64,000 bases of DNA from Solirubrobacteraceae bacterium (GTDB lineage Bacteria > Actinomycetota > Thermoleophilia > Solirubrobacterales > Solirubrobacteraceae), in the NCBI GenBank assembly GCA_035570415.1, contig DATMLP010000009.1:10644-74643 (forward strand), given 5' to 3'. Under the pieces are notes generated by a model. That model worked only from the letters and a program-made list of their open reading frames with translations, searched no databases and was not told the origin of the DNA. The position numbers and the translations under genes are program-made. Below are positions 33,979 to 41,728 of the stretch, in pieces (within the stretch, counting starts at the first letter, position 1; every line of letters begins with the position of its first letter).

Positions 33979-34419
33979 CTACTGGCGTTCCAAACCCTCA
34001 TGGCAGATGTGCAGCTCCTCGAGGGCGATCTCGTTGCCGCTGGCGTTGAGCGAGCTGCCGGAGTACTTGATCGGCCAGCCTTCTTTGAACGCGTACGTGG
34101 CGATCGTCGACCCGTTGTAGTCCACCAGCTCGATCGTCCCGTCGACCCGCGCCGATTCGGGGCCTTCCTTGATGACCGTGTCGCGCCACTTCCACAGTTC
34201 CAGGTTCTCGTCGATGCCGCGCTTGAGGGTGATGTTCGACCACTTCGTGGCGCCCGGCACCTTGCGCACGGTGGGCAGGCCGTTGGCGTCGACCGATTTC
34301 TGCTCGATCACGTCGGTCTCCGAGTCGAGACCCGAGCACTCGCGGAACATGCCGACGTTCTCACGGCCGCCGAGGTTGAGGCGGAAGTGGGATGAGGGGC
34401 GTGGCTGCTTGTCCGGCAT
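33979..34419 (-). CDS. CIS inner tube protein 1 (T4 gp19-like)
   Basis: 146 aa: SSHFRLNLGGRENVGMFRECSGLDSETDVIEQKSVDANG...KVPGATKWSNITLKRGIDENLELWKW is a strong gp19/Afp1-type tube signature. Confidence 0.9.
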   Translation of the reverse strand: MPDKQPRPSSHFRLNLGGRENVGMFRECSGLDSETDVIEQKSVDANGLPTVRKVPGATKWSNITLKRGIDENLELWKWRDTVIKEGPESARVDGTIELVDYNGSTIATYAFKEGWPIKYSGSSLNASGNEIALEELHICHEGLERQ

Positions 34420-34514
34420 ACGATGGGTTCCTTTCTAGGAATTGCGGTCGCAAGAGATCGTGGTCGCGGTGCGCAGGCGAGCGCCCGGTTCGTGCGGCGG
34501 TCCGAGGAGGATCG

Positions 34515-34539
34515 CCCCGCCAAGCTCGGTCGGGCGGGG
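34515..34539 (-). terminator. GC stem-loop just after the sheath stop (possible attenuator or RNA-stabilising hairpin)
   Basis: ccccgcc-N11-ggcgggg gives a 7-bp perfect GC stem, 12 nt downstream of the sheath stop in the 131-nt sheath-tube gap. No U-tract follows on the minus strand, so it is not a canonical intrinsic terminator. Confidence 0.25.
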
Positions 34540-34550
34540 GTGTGTGGGCG

Positions 34551-36152
34551 TTATTCGCTCACCTCCGAGGCGTCCGCGGAGTACTGGCTGATGCGGAACA
34601 CGACGAACTCGGCCGGCTTGACCGGCGCGATCCCGATTTCGACGATCACCTGACCGGCCTCGATCACATCCGGGGGGTTGGTCTCGGAGTCGCACTTCAC
34701 GAAAAACGCCTGTTCGGGAGTCGGCCCGAACAGCGCACCTTCGCGCCAGGTGCGCGTGAGGAAGTTGGAGGCGGCGATCTTCAGCTGCATCCACAGCCGT
34801 TCGTCGTTGGGCTCGAACACCGCCCACTGCGTGCCCTCCATGATCGACTCGGAGATGTAGTTGAACAGCCGGCGCACGTTCAGGTAGCGCCACTCCGGGT
34901 CGCTGGAAAGCGTGCGCGCGCCCCACACGCGGATGCCGCGACCGGGGAACGAGCGGATGCAGTTGATGCCCACGCGGTTGAGGCCGCCCTGCTCCTCCTG
35001 GGTGATCTGAAAGCCCAGCCCGTTGACGCCCAGCACGACCTCGTTGGCGGGCGCCTTGTGCACGCCGCGGGTGGAGTCGGTGCGCGCCCACACGCCGGCC
35101 ATGTGGCCGCTCGGCGGCACCATCAGCGGCTGGTTGGTGAGCGGGTTCATCACCTCCAGCCACGGGTAGTAGAGCGTCGCGAACTTGGAGTCGTAGCCGG
35201 CCACGTTCTGGCGCCACTCCAGCACGTCCTGGGGCAGCAGGTCGGGCGGCGCGTCGAGGATCGCCATGCGGTCGCCGGCGTTCTCGCAGTGGGCGATCAT
35301 CTTGCCCTGCTGATCGCGCAGCTGCGCGTCGGCGCCGTTCGAGGCAAGCGTCATCAGATCGGGCATGCACACCATCGTCACCTCGTCGACCGCGGCCAGG
35401 CCGCCCATGCCGCGCCGGCGCGCGACGTCGCCCTCGAAGTGCGAGGACTCGATCTTGGCGGACGGGATGCTCGGCAGCGCCAGCGCGTAGCTGCCGACCT
35501 TGGGGGCGCGCTGGGCCTCGGGCAGCGAGGCGCCGGTCTCCTCGATGCGGATCAGCTTGGAGGTGGCGTTCACCTTGGTCGCCAGATAACTGCGGCCTTT
35601 CTTCAGCGACAGCCCCTCGAACACCTCCTGCTCGCCGCCCGCGCTGACCACCAACCGGTAGCTCGGAGCCTGCTCCTGTTTGGCCTCGCCGCCGTCTTTC
35701 TTGTCCTCGCCACCGTCTTTCTTGGCATCGCCGCCCGGCGCCTCCTCGCTGAGCTCGAGCTTGACGGCGCCGGCGGCGGGGTTCTCGAGCGCCACCGCCC
35801 GGAACGCCTCCACCCCCGGGTCCGCGGCGGCCGGCAGGGCCGCCTGCGCCGCGGGGGCGTCGTCGGCGTCGCCGACGCGCACCACCCAGCAGAGCCCGCC
35901 GCCGTTCTGGAAGAACCCGTACACCGAATGCGCCAGATAGGCGCCCTCCATGAACGGGCCGTTCTCCGGTTCGCGGGGATCGCCGAACAGGCGCGCGAAC
36001 TGCGTCCAGTTGGAGATTCGCATCGGGGTGTTGATCGGACCGCCCGGAGCGAGCCCGACGAACGCCGCGATCGAGGTCCCGACCCCCTCGATGGGCTTTG
36101 ACTGGGAGGGAATCTCCTCGACGTAGACCCCGGGGGTCAGATAGGTGGGCAT
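34551..36152 (-). CDS. CIS contractile sheath protein
   Basis: 533 aa. MPTYLTPGVYVEEIPSQSKPIEGVGTSIAAFVGLAPGGP is the hallmark phage/eCIS sheath N-terminus. The C-terminal sheath domain (NCIRSFPGRGIRVWGARTL) is present. GAAGGAG lies 6 nt upstream of the ATG. Confidence 0.92.
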   Translation of the reverse strand: MPTYLTPGVYVEEIPSQSKPIEGVGTSIAAFVGLAPGGPINTPMRISNWTQFARLFGDPREPENGPFMEGAYLAHSVYGFFQNGGGLCWVVRVGDADDAPAAQAALPAAADPGVEAFRAVALENPAAGAVKLELSEEAPGGDAKKDGGEDKKDGGEAKQEQAPSYRLVVSAGGEQEVFEGLSLKKGRSYLATKVNATSKLIRIEETGASLPEAQRAPKVGSYALALPSIPSAKIESSHFEGDVARRRGMGGLAAVDEVTMVCMPDLMTLASNGADAQLRDQQGKMIAHCENAGDRMAILDAPPDLLPQDVLEWRQNVAGYDSKFATLYYPWLEVMNPLTNQPLMVPPSGHMAGVWARTDSTRGVHKAPANEVVLGVNGLGFQITQEEQGGLNRVGINCIRSFPGRGIRVWGARTLSSDPEWRYLNVRRLFNYISESIMEGTQWAVFEPNDERLWMQLKIAASNFLTRTWREGALFGPTPEQAFFVKCDSETNPPDVIEAGQVIVEIGIAPVKPAEFVVFRISQYSADASEVSE

Positions 36153-36340
36153 GTGGCTCCTTCGCTCGCTGTCGTGTACATCCGGCTGGTGACTGCCGGC
36201 GCGCAGGCGGAGCTTCCAGGGTGCGTCGTGCGGCGCCCCCCAATCCGTTGACCCACTCGCGTGTCGGCACGGCTCGCGCTATGTGTGCCCGCGAAACTCA
36301 CTCGCGAGCCCAGCGAAGATACAGCACTGACTCGCTCGAT

Positions 36341-36377
36341 GAAAGCCCGTCCAGCGACCGGTGGACGGCGGGCTTTC
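36341..36377 (-). terminator. Long imperfect stem-loop between the cap gene and the sheath gene
   Basis: gaaagcccgtcca-N8-tggacg(gcg)ggctttc gives a ~13-bp stem with a 3-nt bulge. It lies ~55 nt downstream of the cap-gene stop within a 277-nt gap. No clear U-tract. Confidence 0.25.
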
Positions 36378-36429
36378 CAGCCGAGCCGAAAGCCCCGCTC
36401 ATAGGCGTGAGGAGCCTCGCGGAAATGCT

Positions 36430-37317
36430 TCAGCGGCGACGGCGAGCGGCCGCTTTGGCGGCGCCGAGCGCGATGTCGACGCCGGGACCAGGCACCACCA
36501 ACTCGCCGTCGGCCTCGCCGCCGTCGGCGGCGCGCGCCAAGCAGCGATAGGCGCCGGGGCCGACGCGTTCGAAGCGAAAGCGCCCGTCGGGCCCGCTCGC
36601 CGTCCACAGGCCCAGCTCCGGGATCGCCACCCACGCGTTGGCGAGCGGCTCGCCGCCGCCGTCGCGGACCGTCCCGCCGACGCGGTGCAGCTCGATCACG
36701 TTGGCGCGGGCGCCGTCTGCGTCGCGCACGCGCACCGTCTGGGTGCGCACCTCCGGCCCGCGCTCGAGCGAGGTGCCGGGCTCACAGGCAAGCGCGATCA
36801 CATAGTCGAGCGAGGCCTTGTATTGGCCGCCGATCGACGACCAGAAATCGGCCTTCCCCTCGCCCTTGGGCTGGCCGACTTTGGCGCGCAACGGATGCTG
36901 GGCGCTCGTGTCGCGCAGCGCGCCGGCGAGCACCTCCTCGGGCAGTTCGGGGTAGGCGTAGAGCACGGCGAGTACCTGCGAGAGCAGACGGTGCTCGTCC
37001 TCCACGGCGCGCGCCCAGGCGGTGAGCGCGAAGGATGCCTCGACGATCAGCGGCGGGCGGCGCTCGCGCGCGGCGCCACGGCTCTGTTCGAGCTCCCACT
37101 CGACCGGACGGTGGTCTTTGGACTCGCGCAGGTCGTAGAGGAAGGCGTTGACGGTGGGGGCGTTGAGCGTCGCCGACCACTCCTTGGCGGGTGCGTCGAA
37201 GGCGATCTCCACGCCGTCGAAACCGTGGCGCTGCAGCTCACGCTGGAGCAGCCCGCGCAGCGACTCGTCGAGGTCGGCGAGCATCGTGTTGAGGGGGACG
37301 ATTGTGGTCGTGGTCAT
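36430..37317 (-). CDS. CIS tail terminator/cap protein (DUF4255, Afp16/Pvc16-like) with a C-terminal carboxypeptidase-regulatory-like domain
   Basis: LADLDESLRGLLQRELQRHGFDGVEIAFDAPAKEWSATLNAPTVNAFLYDLRE matches the DUF4255 pattern. C-terminal GTVRDGGGEPLANAWVAIPELGLWTASGPDGRFRFERVGPGAYRC looks like a CarboxypepD_reg-like fold. Confidence 0.8.
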   Translation of the reverse strand: MTTTTIVPLNTMLADLDESLRGLLQRELQRHGFDGVEIAFDAPAKEWSATLNAPTVNAFLYDLRESKDHRPVEWELEQSRGAARERRPPLIVEASFALTAWARAVEDEHRLLSQVLAVLYAYPELPEEVLAGALRDTSAQHPLRAKVGQPKGEGKADFWSSIGGQYKASLDYVIALACEPGTSLERGPEVRTQTVRVRDADGARANVIELHRVGGTVRDGGGEPLANAWVAIPELGLWTASGPDGRFRFERVGPGAYRCLARAADGGEADGELVVPGPGVDIALGAAKAAARRRR

Positions 37318-37395
37318 GCTGGCAGTGGCGGCGCGACGGATATGCGATGAGCTGCACGGTGGACGTTAGCGCCGCGCGCCCGGCGAGGGCGTACG

Positions 37396-39513
37396 ATGGC
37401 GGTGATGGCCGAGCACGCGGTGATCGAGGAGCCCGCGGCTGCCGAGCCCGCGCAGCAGCGGCTCCCCGCCGCCGTCCCCCCGAGCCCCCTCGAGGCCCTT
37501 GGGGCGCTGCGGGCCGCCGGCAACAGCGCGATCGCCGGGCTGCTCCAGGGCGGCCTGCGCGCCCAGCTCACGCGGCAGGTGGAAGGCAACCCCGGTGCGC
37601 CGTCGGGCACCGCCAACGCGGACCCGTCGGTCGCCGACGCCGCCAACCACCAGGCGCCGGCCGCGCCGGGGGGACAGTCGGCCAACATGGCCGTGAAGGT
37701 GAAGGCGACGCCCGAGGCGCCGCTGGAAGGTGAATCGGTCTCCGAAGAAGACCTCTTCGAAAAGCAGGCGGCGCCGACGCAGGAATCGGGCTCCTCCTCC
37801 CCCAGCTCCTCCTCCGGTTCCCCTGCCCCCGAATCCTCCTCGTCCGGCTCTGCCGCCCCTGGCTCCTCCTCCGCCCCCGCACAGCAGTCCGAACAGCAGT
37901 CCTCGCCGTCTTCCTCGAGCGCGCCCGACGGCTTCACCACGGTCAAAGAAATCTCGGGCACCGCTGCCGCGCCGATCGTCGAGGAGTCGGCCGACAACTC
38001 GCTGTTCATCGACCCGGGGCCCAAGGCCGACGACGTCCAACAGGGCCAGATCGGGGATTGCTGGGACTTGGCCACGTTCATCGCGATCGTTAGCAGCGAC
38101 CCCGGCAAGATCCAATCGATGATGAGCCCGGACGGCTCGGGGGGAGCGTCGGTGACCTTCTACAGACGCCAGGCCGTGGCGGCGACCCCCGGGACGGGCG
38201 CGGGCGCAGGCGCGCCCCCGGCGGCACCGACCTACGACTACATCCCCACCGTGGTGGCGGTCAACAAAGAACTCCCGATGGACCTCGCCCAGCCAGACGT
38301 CACGCCCTCGGTGGCGTTGGCGATCCGCACGTTGATCGGCGACCAGCCCTACGGCCACTCCGTCCACGGCGCGCAGCTGCGTGCCGCCGACACACCGAAG
38401 GTGAGCAAGTGGTGGTGCATCGTCAACGGCGAAACGCTCGAGGTGCACCGGCTCGAGGTCTTCCAGATGGCACGCTGGTCGCCGCTGCTGGAGAAGGCGG
38501 GCGCGCGCTTCTCCGAGGAGTACGGCCAGTACGGGCATGGAGAAAAAACCGAACAAGCGAACAACCCAGAGGGGGAGCAACAGGACCCGAGCCAGGGCTA
38601 CGGCAACCTGGAGGGCGGCTGGCCGCGCTACACGACGACGCTGTTCTACGGCAAGGAGGGCGAGCAGGTGGCGGGCGGCCAGAGCGACACCTCCGAAACG
38701 GCTGCGCTGCCCCCGAACGCCACCTCCGAAGCGGTCCTGAACGCCAACCAGGCGTCCTTCGAACGGCTGCTGACGCTATCCGGCCAGGGCGAAGCCAACG
38801 AGCAGGGCGCCGTCCCGGACGAAGGCAAGGTGGGCGTAGTGACCGCCGACACCGCCTCGGACGTGTACTACACACGTCTGCAGGAAGCGCTCGTGGCCGC
38901 CGAAGGCGACCCCGACTGGGCCAACCTGAAGCCGCCCACCACGGCGAGCCTGGCGAAAGTCGCGAGCGCGCTCAAGGCGCTCGAAAAAGCCGAACCGGAC
39001 CCCGAACCGCTGCCCAAGCCACCGCCGCCCAATTGCAAGACCGCGCTCCAGGAAGCAGCCGCGGTGGCGGCCACGACCGCCGCCGAACCCGCCACCAACC
39101 CGACGCTGATCGACGAAAAACGCTCGAAGGCGATCAAGGACATGCTCGACCAGCTGCTGATCGTCGAGAACGAGGGCAAAGACCACGGGGCCGCAACCCA
39201 GAGCGTGTACCCCGAGCACGCCTACGCGGTGCTCGGTGTCGAAATCCTCGACACCTCCGGTAAGCCCTCCACGATCCGCGACGAACCGCCCGCCAAGCGC
39301 CAGGCGATGTTCGGAACGATTGACGTCGAAAAGTCGATGGTCAAGATGATGAACCCGCACCACGCCAACGTGCCCGACCCGACGGGCACCGTGCACGACA
39401 AAACGGGCGTGTTCCCCCTCACGCTGGACCGCTTCTTCCGGCTGTTCGCGAACGTCACCTCCTCGCAGGTGACCCCGACGAACCCGCAGTCCATACCCGA
39501 GAGCGGCGGATGA
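37396..39513 (+). CDS. Calpain-like (peptidase C2-type) cysteine protease with N-terminal GNxA motif; candidate CIS cargo
   Basis: 705 aa. Cys motif QQGQIGDCWDLATFIAI. Calpain helix motif RWSPLLEKAGARFSEEYGQYG...GYGNLEGGW. His motif VYPEHAYAVLGV. Asn motif VKMMNPHHAN. The N-terminal segment LEALGALRAAGNSAIAGLLQG is followed by a ~150-aa Ser/Pro-rich linker. Confidence 0.65.
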   Translation: MAVMAEHAVIEEPAAAEPAQQRLPAAVPPSPLEALGALRAAGNSAIAGLLQGGLRAQLTRQVEGNPGAPSGTANADPSVADAANHQAPAAPGGQSANMAVKVKATPEAPLEGESVSEEDLFEKQAAPTQESGSSSPSSSSGSPAPESSSSGSAAPGSSSAPAQQSEQQSSPSSSSAPDGFTTVKEISGTAAAPIVEESADNSLFIDPGPKADDVQQGQIGDCWDLATFIAIVSSDPGKIQSMMSPDGSGGASVTFYRRQAVAATPGTGAGAGAPPAAPTYDYIPTVVAVNKELPMDLAQPDVTPSVALAIRTLIGDQPYGHSVHGAQLRAADTPKVSKWWCIVNGETLEVHRLEVFQMARWSPLLEKAGARFSEEYGQYGHGEKTEQANNPEGEQQDPSQGYGNLEGGWPRYTTTLFYGKEGEQVAGGQSDTSETAALPPNATSEAVLNANQASFERLLTLSGQGEANEQGAVPDEGKVGVVTADTASDVYYTRLQEALVAAEGDPDWANLKPPTTASLAKVASALKALEKAEPDPEPLPKPPPPNCKTALQEAAAVAATTAAEPATNPTLIDEKRSKAIKDMLDQLLIVENEGKDHGAATQSVYPEHAYAVLGVEILDTSGKPSTIRDEPPAKRQAMFGTIDVEKSMVKMMNPHHANVPDPTGTVHDKTGVFPLTLDRFFRLFANVTSSQVTPTNPQSIPESGG

Positions 39514-40454
39514 GCGACGCGGGCACGGCTGTCACGGTGGACACCGCGCAGCGGCTGGCGGAGGTCCGCCAGCGGTACCTCGAGGCGCTGGAACGGGGGG
39601 AGGAGTCGCTGATCGTCGAGCTCGCCCCGGGCTGCCTGGGGCTCGACCGGCCCCGCGCGCTCGGCAGCTGGGAGCTCGCCCCGGTGAACGCGACCGCCCC
39701 ACCGCCGATCGACGTGACGGTGCGCTGCTCGGAGGGGCTCTGCGTGCTGGCGCAGATCCCGGTGCGGATCGCCGCGCGGCGCGTGACGCTCGAACGCGTG
39801 GCGCTCGCCGGCGCCCGCGGCACCGCGCTCGGCGTGAGCGCCGAGCGGGAGCTCACGCTGCGCGATGTCACCGTGATGGGCAGCGTCGCGAGCCCACGCG
39901 ACCGCGCGGCGCTCGCCCTCTCCGCGGCAGGGAGCGCCGGCACCCGAGCGCACCTGGAGCGCGTCGTGGTGGGGCGCAACCAGGCGCGAGACGCGGCGCT
40001 CGGGTTGTACGCCGCAGCGGGGGCCTGGCTGGAGGACCTGCGCCTGGTGGATCTCGCCGTCGCGGGCGGCCGCGCCGACGCGCTGATCGCGATCGACGCG
40101 GTCCGCCGGCTGCGCGCGCAAGGCTGCACGTTCGGAACCGGTGCGGCCCGCGTGCTGCTGCGCCTGCTGCTGGCGGCCACCGACGCGGAGTTGAGCGGCT
40201 GCGCGCTGTCGGCGGGCGCCGGCGCGCTGCTCGAGATCTCAGAGCGTCAGCCGGCGGCCGGCGCGCCGCTGCGCCTGACCGGCCACTGCGCCGTGACCGC
40301 CCCGCTCGGCGAGCTGCCCGCGGGGGTCGTGGCGGACGACACGGTCAGCGTGGTCGACCCCACGGCCGTCGAGGGCCCGCTGGAGGCGGCGCTCGACCAG
40401 GCCGCCGAGCGCCTGATCGGCGTGGATGGGCGTCTGGAGCGGCTGCTGGGGTGA
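39510..40454 (+). CDS. Hypothetical protein translationally coupled to the calpain-like gene (Ala/Leu-rich, beta-helix-like periodicity)
   Basis: 314 aa. Its ATG overlaps the calpain-like stop (ATGA). Repeated segments such as RVTLERVALAGARGTALGVSAE / RELTLRDVTVMGSVAS / AHLERVVVGRNQAR / LEDLRLVDLAVAGGRA. No family recognised. Confidence 0.5.
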   Translation: MSDAGTAVTVDTAQRLAEVRQRYLEALERGEESLIVELAPGCLGLDRPRALGSWELAPVNATAPPPIDVTVRCSEGLCVLAQIPVRIAARRVTLERVALAGARGTALGVSAERELTLRDVTVMGSVASPRDRAALALSAAGSAGTRAHLERVVVGRNQARDAALGLYAAAGAWLEDLRLVDLAVAGGRADALIAIDAVRRLRAQGCTFGTGAARVLLRLLLAATDAELSGCALSAGAGALLEISERQPAAGAPLRLTGHCAVTAPLGELPAGVVADDTVSVVDPTAVEGPLEAALDQAAERLIGVDGRLERLLG

Positions 40455-40497
40455 GTCAGTCGGGCGCTGGCATGAGCCATCCGGGCGCTGGGGTGAG

Positions 40498-41682
40498 TCA
40501 GTCGACAAGGAGCATGATGCGCTGCCACTTCGGGGGGAGTTGCGCGACTTCGGCCTCGATGATCGACATCCAGTCCATCATCGAGGCGCCGACCGTCTGC
40601 TGCTTCTTTTCGTCTTCGTGTTCGGGGATGAACTTGGGTTCGCGGAAGGAGATCAGCGAGCCGTCGGTTTCGGCCACGCCGAGGCGCCCGCCGGGCTGGC
40701 CGGGGGGCCCCCACAGACCGATGTCGACCATGTGTTTGCACAGCACCTCCTCGGTGCCGATGGCGTTCCGTGCGGAGAAGTGGGCGATCCAGATGTCCTG
40801 CTCGGTCTCGCGCCAGCTCGGCACGGTCACCTTGCGCCGCTCGCGCAGCTGGCGCAGCTCGGTGAGCAGGTCTTCGGCGCCGGCGAGGATCTCGTTGCCG
40901 GCGGCTTCCGCGGCGTCCAGCGCGGCCTGTTCGTCGGCGTCGAGCGCGCCGGAGTTGGGGGCGTTGGAGCCGATCGAGGTCGCGACGTCGACGGCCTTGT
41001 CGAGCACCATGTCACCCTGGTTGTGCACGTCGGCGACCTTGAACAGCAGCTCGTTGACGTGCTCGAGACTGTAGATCCGCAGCTCGTTGGGGTCCGCCAT
41101 CGCGGCCTCGCCGAGCTCTGTGTGCTCCTCGCCGCCCTCAAACGCTTTGAGGATCTTGCCGCTCTTCTCGATCTTCTCGCGCGCCTCGTCGAGCTCGTGG
41201 GCTTTCTCAACGATCTTCGCGAGCACGCTCACGGCCTCCTCCTCGGGGGCGGCGAACGCAAGCGCGAGGCTCGCGGCGGCGATCAGCGCCTCGGCGATCT
41301 CCTCGTTGTGGACGTCCTCCTCGTGCGCCTGGCCGACGACCACCTGGTGGATCTTGAAGCACTCGGCGTAGATCCCGTTGACGTAGTTGTAGTGGTCCTG
41401 AGTGCCCTTCATGATCTCGTTGGCCTCGCGCATGCGTTCGTGGAAGGTGGCCTGCATGCCCTTCACGCGCGCGGGGACCGCGGATGCGGCGCTCGGCGTG
41501 GGCAGACGCGGACCGCCCTCTTCGCGCTGGAGCATGCGCGTGACGGCGTCGTTGCCGGCGGTGCGCTGCAGCGTACCGAGGTCGATCGACCCCGACGCGG
41601 TCGACCCTCCGGAGCCGCGGGAGCCGCGCGTGACGGCGGGGGTGCGCGCGGCCCGGCGGGTGCTCAACAGTCTCCCCTTCAT
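40498..41682 (-). CDS. Hypothetical helical protein with N-terminal GNxA motif; candidate CIS cargo
   Basis: 394 aa. N-terminal LGTLQRTAGNDAVTRMLQREEG. The rest is Glu/Lys/His/Ile-rich and predicted helical. It appears less GC-rich by eye than its neighbours. No family recognised. Confidence 0.55.
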   Translation of the reverse strand: MKGRLLSTRRAARTPAVTRGSRGSGGSTASGSIDLGTLQRTAGNDAVTRMLQREEGGPRLPTPSAASAVPARVKGMQATFHERMREANEIMKGTQDHYNYVNGIYAECFKIHQVVVGQAHEEDVHNEEIAEALIAAASLALAFAAPEEEAVSVLAKIVEKAHELDEAREKIEKSGKILKAFEGGEEHTELGEAAMADPNELRIYSLEHVNELLFKVADVHNQGDMVLDKAVDVATSIGSNAPNSGALDADEQAALDAAEAAGNEILAGAEDLLTELRQLRERRKVTVPSWRETEQDIWIAHFSARNAIGTEEVLCKHMVDIGLWGPPGQPGGRLGVAETDGSLISFREPKFIPEHEDEKKQQTVGASMMDWMSIIEAEVAQLPPKWQRIMLLVD

Positions 41683-41728
41683 GGCGCCGGGCGAGCATAC
41701 ACGCCTGTGTGGGCGCCGATCGCAGACC

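Noticed and set aside
34392-36270. 569-aa (+) and 611-aa (-) ORFs overlapping the sheath gene
   Set aside because: Off-frame or antisense to a textbook sheath protein, with Arg-rich junk composition.
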